Positions 10,625-19,696 of a stretch of 64,000 nt of DNA are shown piece after piece. The first letter of the stretch is position 1. The number at the start of each line of letters is the position of its first letter. The position numbers were made by a program, and so were the translations under genes. The notes under the pieces were generated by a model. It had not been told where the DNA came from, did not search any database, and was given only the letters and a program-made list of their open reading frames with translations. The DNA is from Lachnoclostridium sp. UBA2905 (GTDB lineage: Bacteria > Bacillota > Clostridia > Lachnospirales > Lachnospiraceae). The DNA lies in the NCBI GenBank assembly GCA_002349525.1, contig DEDL01000032.1:60737-124736 (forward strand), read 5' to 3'.

Positions 10625-11956
10625 ATGAAGAATAATAATGAAATGTCGACAATTGTACAATGTATGCTGGATAGTATCGACGGAATCTATGTTGTTGATA
10701 TTTACGAAAACAGTTACAGATTATGTGACGGAAAAGGTGAAAATGGTGGAAAGATAAAGGAAATATTTGGTGAGCAGGGAAGCTTTTCAAATATGGTTGA
10801 TATCCTTACCAGACATCTTTACAGGAATATTAAGAGACCTGCCGATTATTATGAGGCTTATTTGAAAAAAATTGAGAAATTCAAGGGTCAGTTAGGAGAG
10901 TTAAACCGTGTAAATGGCGGTGATGATTTCTTGTGGGTACAGCTTAATCTCTGCCCTTATGTAAATGAAGGACAGTACATTATTACCCTTTCACTTCTTA
11001 AAAACTTTGAACAGGTAGAAATCATAACTGCCAAGGAACGTGCCCAGAATATACAGGGTGGCTATCTTTTTTCAATGTATGTTGATGCTGACGAAGCAAG
11101 ATGCCACAGCATAAGCATTCCTGAGTTAGACAATGGTAATGCCAGCGACAATACAATGCCTTATGATGAATGGCGTAAAAATGTAATGTGGATGGTTGAA
11201 GAGGATAAGCGTGATGAGTTTATAAAAATAAGCGCACTTGAATACTTAAATACAGAACTCAGGTATCGTGATTCAGTATCATTTGAATGTAAAATGCGTA
11301 ATGTAGAAGGTGAATTTCTGTGGGTAAGAATTATATTCTGCAGGGCGGATGATGATGAGAGTAACCATGATTTCATATATCTGGTGCAGAATATTAATCA
11401 TAATTCACCGATGCTTGTTGAGAATGCTTTTAAATATGAGAAGCTTTCCATGAAGGATTCTCTGACGGGCCTCTATAACAGAAGAAAAATAGAAGAAATA
11501 TTTGCTGAAATTGCAGAAGAGAATGCAGAAAATGAGCAGTCAGACACTGATGATCCAGGCTATGAAGTAAGTGTCGTAATGATAGATATCGACCACTTCA
11601 AATTGGTAAATGATACCTATGGACATATAGTAGGTGATTTTGCACTTAAGAAGTCAGCTGAAATGTTTGAAAAAGCGTTTTCAAACACTGGAATGACAGT
11701 GAGCCGCTGGGGTGGAGAAGAATTTTTAGTCTTAGCCAGGGGCTATGATTCAGACAGTATATACCAGTTATGCGAAAAACTTCGTAAGGATATTATGCAA
11801 TATGAATTTGAAGAGGGATTTTCTATAAGCTGCAGCTTTGGAATAGCCAGTACAAATAAGCCTGAGGAGCTTCCAAAACTGGCTGAATACGCAGATAATG
11901 CCCTTTATGAGGCCAAGGAAAATGGACGAAACAGGGTTGTTGTCAGACAGATTTGA
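10625..11956 (+). CDS. Diguanylate cyclase (GGDEF) with PAS-like N-terminal region
   Basis: 'DSLTGLYNRR', 'DIDHFKLVNDTYGHIVGD', 'RWGGEEF', 'ADNALYEAKENGRN'. Confidence 0.92.
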   Translation: MKNNNEMSTIVQCMLDSIDGIYVVDIYENSYRLCDGKGENGGKIKEIFGEQGSFSNMVDILTRHLYRNIKRPADYYEAYLKKIEKFKGQLGELNRVNGGDDFLWVQLNLCPYVNEGQYIITLSLLKNFEQVEIITAKERAQNIQGGYLFSMYVDADEARCHSISIPELDNGNASDNTMPYDEWRKNVMWMVEEDKRDEFIKISALEYLNTELRYRDSVSFECKMRNVEGEFLWVRIIFCRADDDESNHDFIYLVQNINHNSPMLVENAFKYEKLSMKDSLTGLYNRRKIEEIFAEIAEENAENEQSDTDDPGYEVSVVMIDIDHFKLVNDTYGHIVGDFALKKSAEMFEKAFSNTGMTVSRWGGEEFLVLARGYDSDSIYQLCEKLRKDIMQYEFEEGFSISCSFGIASTNKPEELPKLAEYADNALYEAKENGRNRVVVRQI

Positions 11957-11963
11957 TAATATA

Positions 11964-12075
11964 AATTAAAAATAATATCAATTAAGGCTGCTATTAATTA
12001 ATACAGATGAAAATTAAGGCTGATATTGATTAATCCTGATATTGAATAAAGCTGATATTAATTAAAACTAATAAA
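11964..12075. repeat. Degenerate 16-bp tandem array x7 (AATTAAGGCTGATATT consensus)
   Basis: Exact 16-nt register from 11964 to 12075, ending just before the GH39 RBS. Confidence 0.88.
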
Positions 12076-12094
12076 GATTTTAGGAGGATATATA

Positions 12095-13618
12095 ATGTCG
12101 GAGGTTGTTAATGTGCATTATAGTACAAAACAGGATGCAAAGGTAGAATTCCACAATCAGGTGGATTATTGTGTGGGAACAGGAAGAGCAGGACTTGCGC
12201 TCCAGAAGGAGTATTTTGACCAGCTTGAATTTGTTCAGGAAAATATAGGCTTCAAGCATATACGTGGCCATGGACTTTTTACAGATGATATGGCTATTTA
12301 CCACCGTTATACAGATGAAAATGGCAATGAAAAATCAGAGTACAATTTCACATATCTTGATCTTGTAATGGATTCTTACAGAAAGGTTGGTCTTAAGCCA
12401 TTTCTTGAGCTTGGTTTCATGCCTGAAAAGATGGCATCCGGAACACAGACCGTATTTTACTGGAAGGGTAATGTTACACCTCCCAAAAAGTATTCAGAGT
12501 GGTGCGCCCTTGTACAGGCTGTATTAAGACATCTTATGGAGAGATACGGAGAGGAAGAAGTGCTTACATGGCCTATTGAGGTATGGAATGAGCCTAACCT
12601 TCCTGGATTCTGGAAGGATGCCGATATGGAAGAATACTTTAAGCTTTTCAAGGAATCATTTTATGCAATCAAAGAAGTAAATGAGAAGTTCAGAGTTGGT
12701 GGTCCTGCAATATGTGGTGTAAGAGATGAAGAATGGATAAGAAAATTCATGGAATTTTGCAGGGAGAATAAGATTCCTGTTGACTTTATAACAAGACATC
12801 ATTATACAACAGAATTACCTGAAAAAGATGGACACTATGAGTACCAGGAATTAACATTGCCAGAGTATGGAAAGGCTAATCTCCACACAACAAGAGAGAT
12901 TGTGGACAGCTTTGAAGAATACAGAGGAAAAGAAATTCACATTACAGAATTCAATACTTCATATGTACCAGACAATCCAATTCATGATACAAACATCAAT
13001 GCAGCATATATTGCACACCAGCTTTCATGGCTTGGAGATGATAATGAGTCATATTCTTACTGGACATTTGGTGATATATTTGAAGAAAAGGGAGTCCCAT
13101 TTACTCCATTCCACGGAGGATTTGGTATGGTTGCCAACGGAGTTATTCCAAAACCTACATTCTGGACCTTTGCATTCTTCAAGAAACTTCAGGGTCAGTG
13201 CATTTTAAGAAATGATGAGTCTGTTATCGTTAAAGGAGAAGATGGCGTTATACGTGGTCTTGTATGGAATCATGGACAAAAGAGAGAAGGAAAGCTTCTT
13301 AGCTATGTATGCGATATAGATGTTTCAGACAATGACGGTGAATATGCACTTATTACCAAAGTAGTTGATGAAAAGACATGTAACCCTCTTAAGGTATGGC
13401 ATGATCTTGGGGAACCATCATCCCTTAGTGAATCAGATAAGGAGCTTCTTCGTGAGGCTGCAAAGCCATTTGTGTCAAGTGATAATATATGTACTGTTGA
13501 TGGAAAAATCAGCATAAAGCTTTCTTTGGAAGAGTTTGGCATAACATATTTTGAGTGCAGGAAAATAAACAGGACAAGTGACAGAGGATATTCATACGAA
13601 AGAACACAGTTGTTTTAA
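12095..13618 (+). CDS. xynB: GH39 beta-xylosidase
   Basis: 'HIRGHGLF', acid/base 'EVWNEP', nucleophile 'HITEFN', 'YWTFGDIFEE', 'PFHGGFG'. Confidence 0.92.
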   Translation: MSEVVNVHYSTKQDAKVEFHNQVDYCVGTGRAGLALQKEYFDQLEFVQENIGFKHIRGHGLFTDDMAIYHRYTDENGNEKSEYNFTYLDLVMDSYRKVGLKPFLELGFMPEKMASGTQTVFYWKGNVTPPKKYSEWCALVQAVLRHLMERYGEEEVLTWPIEVWNEPNLPGFWKDADMEEYFKLFKESFYAIKEVNEKFRVGGPAICGVRDEEWIRKFMEFCRENKIPVDFITRHHYTTELPEKDGHYEYQELTLPEYGKANLHTTREIVDSFEEYRGKEIHITEFNTSYVPDNPIHDTNINAAYIAHQLSWLGDDNESYSYWTFGDIFEEKGVPFTPFHGGFGMVANGVIPKPTFWTFAFFKKLQGQCILRNDESVIVKGEDGVIRGLVWNHGQKREGKLLSYVCDIDVSDNDGEYALITKVVDEKTCNPLKVWHDLGEPSSLSESDKELLREAAKPFVSSDNICTVDGKISIKLSLEEFGITYFECRKINRTSDRGYSYERTQLF

Positions 13619-13795
13619 AGAAGAATTAAGTGCTGAATAGTTTGCAGTGTAAGGCAGACATTGATTAAGGATAATGAAGTTTTGTAGAAAAGACTTGTTT
13701 TATTACAAAAAAAATGATATTCTATGTCTTGTCGAGACGCAAATCCGGCGTCATTTGTAATAATGAATGATTATAACAATTAAGGAGTATGGGAA

Positions 13796-14305
13796 ATGAG
13801 TAATAACAGTTTATTAAAACAGTGGAGAGATCAGGCTTATGGCGAAGAGATGAACGGAGCTAAGGGTCAGGCATTCTGGGAGGATTATTTTAGAAAAGAG
13901 CAGGCTATCTACAAGGAGCTTCTTGCTGATTCTGAGAATGTTGTAAAAGGTACAGTAAGTGAGCTCGCCGAAAAATATAATCTTGATATTATGCATATGG
14001 TAGGATTTCTTGATGGAATCAACGACAGCCTTGTTAATCCTAATCCAATTGAAGAGATGACAGAGGAAACAGAGGTTAATCTTGGATTTGATCCAGAGAA
14101 GCTTTACTTCAACATGTTAGAGTGTGAAGCACAGTGGTTATATGAGCTTCCTGAATGGGATAATCTTCTTTCAGAAGAGAAGCGTGCTGAGATTACTAAG
14201 GAGCAGAAGAAGTCTAAGACTATCGTAAAACCTAAGAAGATTGGCCGTAACGATCCATGTCCTTGTGGAAGTGGAAGAAAATATAAGCAGTGCTGTGGAA
14301 AGTAA
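13796..14305 (+). CDS. SEC-C motif (zinc-binding) protein
   Basis: C-terminal '[21 protein letters not shown]'. Confidence 0.9.
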   Translation: MSNNSLLKQWRDQAYGEEMNGAKGQAFWEDYFRKEQAIYKELLADSENVVKGTVSELAEKYNLDIMHMVGFLDGINDSLVNPNPIEEMTEETEVNLGFDPEKLYFNMLECEAQWLYELPEWDNLLSEEKRAEITKEQKKSKTIVKPKKIGRNDPCPCGSGRKYKQCCGK

Positions 14306-14347
14306 TTCTGACATGCGTATAGGTGGAATTTTAAGAACATAATTTAT

Positions 14348-14388
14348 GGGTCTGTCATACTGGATAATCAGTTTGACAGACCCTTTTT
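14348..14388. terminator. Intrinsic terminator
   Basis: GGGTCTGTCA / TGACAGACCC followed by TTTTT. Confidence 0.8.
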
Positions 14389-14481
14389 ATCTTATTCGAG
14401 AAGAATATGTCAGCTTATGTTGACCAGAATTACGCACCAGGTCTCACATGCCTTCGATTTGAAATACATGTATCGTTATTA

Positions 14482-15429
14482 TTATAGAGAAGTAATTGCT
14501 TCACGTTTTCCGTTATCATATTCTATTATAAGACGAAAATCCTCGTCAATATCTATGGCCTTAACTGTAGTGTTAGTGCTTTTCAAGGTAAATGAGTTAC
14601 CTGTGGTTATGCAGTGCGCCTTGAAATATTCAAGGTATTCAGGATCCCTGGCAGCCCATGCACTGGCAAGCTGCGGAAGTTCATTTATAATAGCAGTGGC
14701 AAGTTCATTTAGAGAAAATGATCTGCCAGTGGCAGCATAAAGTGAAGTTGCAATGTCCTGCAGATTGTTATCAAAATCATCAGGATTGTTAAGTACGTTA
14801 AGACCAAATCCCAGAACAACATATTCAATATTAGAGGATTCTGCCTCAATAGAGACCTCTGTTAATATTCCGGCTATTTTTCTGCCGTTTAAAAACAGAT
14901 CATTCACCCACTTTATATCAGGAGTTATCTGTGTCACATTTTCAATTGCCTTAGAAAGGGCTACAGCGGCATAGGCCGTAAGAGAAAAGGTATGCTTAGC
15001 TTGCGGACGCAGTATAACAGACATATATATGCCCTTATCCCTGACAGATTCAAATGAATGCCCCATGCGTCCCCTTCCACCTGTCTGCTCTCTTGCAAGT
15101 ACGATTGTATATTCAGGGGCTCCATCCATTGCAAGCATTTTTGCATAAGTATTTGTAGAGGTAATGCTGTCCAAAATGATAATGTTGTTGCCAAGCCTTT
15201 CATCATTAAGCTTATTCTTAATTGAAAGTGATGACAGAATGTTTCTGTCCTTGCAAAGCTTGTAACCTCTTTTTGTAACGGATTCTATCTCATAACCTTC
15301 TGCACGAAGAAGCTTTACATCCTTACATACAGCGGCACGGCTGACGTTAAGCTCTTTGCTGATTAATTCGCCGCTGATATAATTCTGTTCATTTTTCAAT
15401 AATAGTTCTAATACTTTTTCCTTTGGCAT
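14482..15429 (-). CDS. birA: Bifunctional biotin repressor / biotin-protein ligase (group II BirA)
   Basis: N-terminal wHTH 'ISGELISKELNVSRAAV', 'QTGGRGRMG', 'IKWVNDL', 'KIAGIL'. Confidence 0.95.
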   Translation of the reverse strand: MPKEKVLELLLKNEQNYISGELISKELNVSRAAVCKDVKLLRAEGYEIESVTKRGYKLCKDRNILSSLSIKNKLNDERLGNNIIILDSITSTNTYAKMLAMDGAPEYTIVLAREQTGGRGRMGHSFESVRDKGIYMSVILRPQAKHTFSLTAYAAVALSKAIENVTQITPDIKWVNDLFLNGRKIAGILTEVSIEAESSNIEYVVLGFGLNVLNNPDDFDNNLQDIATSLYAATGRSFSLNELATAIINELPQLASAWAARDPEYLEYFKAHCITTGNSFTLKSTNTTVKAIDIDEDFRLIIEYDNGKREAITSL

Positions 15430-15512
15430 AGCGGTTCTCCATCTTTTACTGGGTCATTATATATAGAGTTTATCATTCATAAGGTGTCTTGTAAACGAAA
15501 ACATGTCGGATA

Positions 15513-15544
15513 TTGTTAACCTAACACTATATATAAGTTGACAA
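15513..15544. promoter_or_regulatory. BirA operator 1 (overlaps the -35 of the bioY promoter)
   Basis: TTGTTAAC-N16-GTTGACAA matches the bioO palindrome TGTAAAC-N16-GTTTACA. Confidence 0.8.
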
Positions 15545-15566
15545 TATACATGAATGATGCTATTGT
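15538..15566 (+). promoter_or_regulatory. SigA-type promoter of bioYDA
   Basis: TTGACA-17 bp-TATTGT with extended -10 TG. Confidence 0.7.
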
Positions 15567-15594
15567 AAAACTATCACGCAATAAAGGTTTACAA
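15563..15594. promoter_or_regulatory. BirA operator 2 (overlaps -10/TSS)
   Basis: TTGTAAAA-N16-GTTTACAA. Confidence 0.8.
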
Positions 15595-15612
15595 TGAAAG
15601 GGCAAAAGTTAC

Positions 15613-16167
15613 ATGAAAAAACTTAGCATAATACAGATGACATATGTTTCCATGTTTACGGTATTGATTATAATTGGTGCATTTATTAAGGTGCCGGTAC
15701 CGGTGGTTCCGTTTACCCTGCAGTTTTTCTTTACTAATATGGCAGGAATACTTCTTGGCAGCAGACTGGGGTCCTTAAGTGTGCTTATATATATGCTTTT
15801 AGGCCTGGCAGGTCTGCCGGTTTTCTCGGCGGGCGGTGGTATAAGCTATGTATTTGTTCCCAGTTTTGGTTACATAATAGGCTTTGTTATAGGAACGTTT
15901 GTAACAGGATATATAGTTGAAAAAAGCAGAAATAAATCATTTAAGGTATATCTCATAAGTGGTTTTGCAGGACTGTTAATCGTATATCTCATGGGAATGA
16001 TCTACTATTACATCATTTCCAATTACATTATAGATGTGGCAATCGGATTGTGGCCATTGTTTTTATATTGTTTTATCCTGGCAGTACCAGGAGACATACT
16101 TTTATGTATTATCTGTTCAACTCTTGCGGGCAGACTGAAAAAAATAATGGGAGGAATAATGATATGA
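15613..16167 (+). CDS. bioY: Biotin ECF transporter S component BioY
   Basis: 'PVPVVPFTLQ', 'LGLAGLPVFSAGGG', 'PSFGYIIGF'; multiple TMs. Confidence 0.95.
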   Translation: MKKLSIIQMTYVSMFTVLIIIGAFIKVPVPVVPFTLQFFFTNMAGILLGSRLGSLSVLIYMLLGLAGLPVFSAGGGISYVFVPSFGYIIGFVIGTFVTGYIVEKSRNKSFKVYLISGFAGLLIVYLMGMIYYYIISNYIIDVAIGLWPLFLYCFILAVPGDILLCIICSTLAGRLKKIMGGIMI

Positions 16168-16847
16168 GTAAGTGTGTTTTTATTACAGGAACAGGCACTG
16201 ATATAGGAAAAACGTATATCAGTGGACTTATTGTTAAAAAATTAAAGGAATATGGAATGAATCCGGGATATTTTAAAACTGCTGTAAGTGGCAATGATAG
16301 AGATGCCGGTGGAAAGCTTATTCCGGGAGATCCATTATTTGTCAAAAAAATAAGCGGTATAGAAGAAAGCCTTGAGGACATGTGTCCATACGTATATGAA
16401 AGAGCGTATTCACCACATCTTGCAGCCAGAATTGAAGGTGGTCCTGTGGAAATAGACCGTATAAAAGAGGGCTTTGAAAGGGTGTGTGCCCAGCACGATT
16501 ATGTAACAATGGAGGGAAGCGGAGGAATATTATGTCCAATAAGATTTGATGAAGAGAAAATAATGCTTGAGGACATTATAAGGATGTTTGATCTTGGTAG
16601 CATTATTGTTGCAGATGCAGGGCTTGGTACAATCAACGCCGTAGTTCTTACTGTGAAATATATGGAGCAGGCAGGACTTAAGGTAATGGGAATTATATAT
16701 AACAATTACCAAAAGGACAATCCAATGCATGAAGACAATATATTTATGTGTGAGTATATGACTGGTGTAAAAACTATTGCAAAGGTAGCGTATGAGGCTA
16801 CTGATATTGATATTGATGAGGGGCTTTTATTATCAATGTACCAATAA
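16164..16847 (+). CDS. bioD: Dethiobiotin synthase
   Basis: 'FITGTGTDIGKT', 'EGSGG', 'GLGTIN'; ATGA overlap with bioY. Confidence 0.95.
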   Translation: MSKCVFITGTGTDIGKTYISGLIVKKLKEYGMNPGYFKTAVSGNDRDAGGKLIPGDPLFVKKISGIEESLEDMCPYVYERAYSPHLAARIEGGPVEIDRIKEGFERVCAQHDYVTMEGSGGILCPIRFDEEKIMLEDIIRMFDLGSIIVADAGLGTINAVVLTVKYMEQAGLKVMGIIYNNYQKDNPMHEDNIFMCEYMTGVKTIAKVAYEATDIDIDEGLLLSMYQ

Positions 16848-16881
16848 AAGCTATACAAAATTTGAACTCTGGAGGTTTATT

Positions 16882-18081
16882 ATGATCTGGTATCCCTATG
16901 AACAAATGAAAACGATGAAACAGCCTTATGAAATTATAGATGCAAATGGTGTCTATCTTTATACAAAGGATGCAAAGCTTATAGATTCAGTATCAAGCTG
17001 GTGGTGCATGATACACGGCTATAAGCATCCTCTTATAACAGAAGCCATTAAGAAGCAGGCAGACAAATTTTCCCATGTAATGCTTGGAGGACTTACTCAT
17101 GAGCCTGCCATAAGGCTTTCAAATAAACTGGCTGAAATCCTGCCTGGTGATCTTGACTACTGCTTCTTTTCTGATTCAGGAAGTGTTGCTGTGGAGGTTT
17201 CACTTAAAATGGCTCTCCAGTATTACATGAATAAAGGAGACACAAAGCGTACAAAAATACTTGCACTTACCCATGCCTATCACGGAGATACATTCAAGGC
17301 CATGGAAGTGGGAGATGATGAAGACTATCATTTTGTGCTTGAGGCCTATGGACCTAAAACAAATGTCATAAATATTCCTACAGAAATTGATGCCTTGTGT
17401 CAGGCATTTGAAAAATATCATGACCAGTTAAATGCATTTATTGTTGAACCTCTTTTACAGGGAGCCGGTGGAATGAGAATGTATGATATATCATTTCTTG
17501 AGAAGGCAAGGGAACTCTGCGATAAATACGGTGTACTCCTGATATTTGATGAGGTTGCAACAGGCTTTGGAAGAACAGGTAACAGATTTGTTGCAGATAG
17601 AGTTCTTCCTGACATAATAGTGCTTGGAAAAGCCCTGGTTGGAGGCTATATCGGTCATGCAGTAACTGTGGCCAACAAAAAAGTATATGATGGTTTTTAC
17701 AGTGATGATGACAGGCATGCACTTATGCATGGACCTACATTTATGGGAAATGCACTGGCGGCATCAGCTGCCCTTGCATCAATTGAAGTGTTCGAAAAAG
17801 AGAATTACATGGATAAAATAAAAGAGATTGAGAGAATTACCCATAGAGAGCTTGATGGCTTTATGGCACCGGGAATAAAAGAGGTGCGGATAATGGGTGG
17901 ATGCGCATGTATAGAGGTAAATGATCCTGAAATTTTAGAGGGCTATCAGGACTATGCCTATAAAAGAGGAGTATTTGCAAGACCATTTCTTAATTATCTG
18001 TATTCAATGGTACCTTATATTATTAAGGAAAATGAACTGGTGCAAATATTTGATACAATGAAGGAATGGTTTAACAGATAA
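16882..18081 (+). CDS. bioA: DAPA aminotransferase
   Basis: 'IWYPYEQM', 'SSWWCMIHGY', 'DSGSVAVEVSLKMA', 'DEVATGFGRTG', PLP Lys in 'LGKAL'; GGAGG RBS. Confidence 0.95.
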   Translation: MIWYPYEQMKTMKQPYEIIDANGVYLYTKDAKLIDSVSSWWCMIHGYKHPLITEAIKKQADKFSHVMLGGLTHEPAIRLSNKLAEILPGDLDYCFFSDSGSVAVEVSLKMALQYYMNKGDTKRTKILALTHAYHGDTFKAMEVGDDEDYHFVLEAYGPKTNVINIPTEIDALCQAFEKYHDQLNAFIVEPLLQGAGGMRMYDISFLEKARELCDKYGVLLIFDEVATGFGRTGNRFVADRVLPDIIVLGKALVGGYIGHAVTVANKKVYDGFYSDDDRHALMHGPTFMGNALAASAALASIEVFEKENYMDKIKEIERITHRELDGFMAPGIKEVRIMGGCACIEVNDPEILEGYQDYAYKRGVFARPFLNYLYSMVPYIIKENELVQIFDTMKEWFNR

Positions 18082-18096
18082 AACAGGATAAAAAAT

Positions 18097-18137
18097 GAGA
18101 CCCGTCGGTCTGTAAAAAATACAGGCTGATGGGTCTT
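18097..18137. terminator. Bidirectional terminator between bioA and eda
   Basis: GAGACCCGTCGGTCTGTA / TACAGGCTGATGGGTCTT stem with G-U pairs. Confidence 0.8.
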
Positions 18138-18165
18138 TGTATTAAAGTGTTATGTCGGGCTGACC

Positions 18166-19140
18166 TTATTTCTGTGAAAGATGAATCTCAAATCCGTCAA
18201 AATCGCCGTTAATATAAACAAATCTGCAATTTCCAGCTTCTGTATACCTGGCAGTATCCATATTGAAGGTAATTCCCTTAAGTCCAAGGTGGAACATTGC
18301 GCGGTCAACAGAGTTGGTTGCAACTGCTATATGACCCTTGGCACCACGTTTAACAGAATCATCAAATACAAGTTCTATTCCACTTCCACAGAAGAATCCA
18401 ACCTGTCCCGGTGCGTCACTTCTTTCGAAACCAAATATATTCTTTAAATCTGCAGCCATACCGGCAGCCTTGTCTTTGGTATCAATGTTCATACCAACAT
18501 GTCTTACCTCGAAGCCAAGCATTGTATTAACTGCTTCACGTGTAAGACGGGTAATCTCATCAAATTTGCCGGCTTTAATAAGGCTGTCCTTTACCATCCA
18601 GCTACCGCCGCATGCAATAATCTTTGGAAATGAAAGGTATTCACATATATTAGATGCGTTAATTCCGCCTGTTGGCATAAATTTAACATTAGTGTAAGGA
18701 GCTGACATAGCCTTAATCATTGGAAGACCACCACATGCTTCAGCAGGGAAGAACTTTACAATTTCAAGACCCAGTGAAAGTGCAAGTTCAACGTCACTTG
18801 GATTGGAACAGCCCGGTGTTACAGGAATATTTCTTTCAACACAGTACTTAACAACCTCAGGGTTAAGTCCCGGACTTACAATAAACTTAGCACCGGCATC
18901 AACTGCATCATCAACCTGCTTTGTTGTAAGAACAGTTCCGGCACCGACTAACATCTCTGGAAATTCTGTGGTCATATTTTTAATTGCTTCCCTGGCAGCA
19001 GCAGTTCTGAAGGTAACCTCTGCACATGGAAGACCACCCTCACAAAGAGCTTTTGCAAGTGGAACGGCATCAGCTGCATCATCAATTTTTACTACAGGAA
19101 CAATACCCATAAGTGATATTTTTTCTAAAATCTCGTTCAT
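18166..19140 (-). CDS. eda: KDPG/KHG aldolase with about 110-aa C-terminal extension
   Basis: 'EVTFRT', 'VGAGTV', 'FIVSPG', 'KFFPAE', 'FMPTGGI', 'CGGSW'. Confidence 0.92.
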   Translation of the reverse strand: MNEILEKISLMGIVPVVKIDDAADAVPLAKALCEGGLPCAEVTFRTAAAREAIKNMTTEFPEMLVGAGTVLTTKQVDDAVDAGAKFIVSPGLNPEVVKYCVERNIPVTPGCSNPSDVELALSLGLEIVKFFPAEACGGLPMIKAMSAPYTNVKFMPTGGINASNICEYLSFPKIIACGGSWMVKDSLIKAGKFDEITRLTREAVNTMLGFEVRHVGMNIDTKDKAAGMAADLKNIFGFERSDAPGQVGFFCGSGIELVFDDSVKRGAKGHIAVATNSVDRAMFHLGLKGITFNMDTARYTEAGNCRFVYINGDFDGFEIHLSQK

Positions 19141-19288
19141 GATTTATCTCCATTCATATATATAGTTTTACAAATATTATAGCCCATGAAAATAAAATGT
19201 CAATTATGTCATATGCTTGCAATATCGACGATATATAATATAATAAGAAGTGGTGTGTGAGCCAATAAACAGTGGAAGGGTTGCCAAT

Positions 19289-19522
19289 ATGGAAGATAAT
19301 GATATGAGAGAAATTCTCTTTGATATTCTGGATGCGGAAACATCAAAGGAAAAGATAGAGAAAATGCGATTTTACAGAGATGAACTGGATGAAAGGACAC
19401 TTGGGAATATTGCTGCAGCATTTGATGTTTCAGGTGACTGCCAAAGTGATGATGAATTATTTGAGCAGATTGTACAGGATCTGACTATAAAGGCCAGGTA
19501 TGAAACTGACAGGCTTAGATAA
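19289..19522 (+). CDS. Small acidic hypothetical protein (77 aa)
   Basis: GGAAGGG RBS 8 nt before ATG19289; helical acidic composition ending in YETDRLR. Confidence 0.7.
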   Translation: MEDNDMREILFDILDAETSKEKIEKMRFYRDELDERTLGNIAAAFDVSGDCQSDDELFEQIVQDLTIKARYETDRLR

Positions 19523-19631
19523 ATTGCATAAATATTTTGTATAAATTTGTGTAATACGTCAATGTTATACCTGGAAAATAAATGTTATAATGAGCCTGGT
19601 CGACGACTTAAAATATAAGATGGAAAATGTG

Positions 19632-19681
19632 TTGACAAACATATGTTTCTATAGTAAGATTTAATACAAGAACATTAGTTC
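19632..19681 (+). promoter_or_regulatory. recA promoter with two LexA/SOS-box-like sites
   Basis: TTGACA(19632)-17-TAAGAT(19655); AAAC-ATAT-GTTT (19637-48) and GAAC-ATTA-GTTC (19670-81) match the Firmicute GAAC-N4-GTTC box. Confidence 0.8.
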
Positions 19682-19696
19682 GAAAGGAGAATATTA

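Noticed and set aside
11964-12075. Tandem arrays considered as mini-CRISPR
   Set aside because: Units are contiguous with no unique spacers, and no cas genes are present.
13739-13752. GACGCAAA hairpin resembling part of a c-di-GMP-I riboswitch
   Set aside because: Lacks the GGCAAA/P1 and tetraloop-receptor elements; only a 5-bp hairpin.
14482-14500. BirA C-terminus appears a few residues short (ends EAITSL)
   Set aside because: All catalytic motifs are intact; too minor to call a pseudogene.
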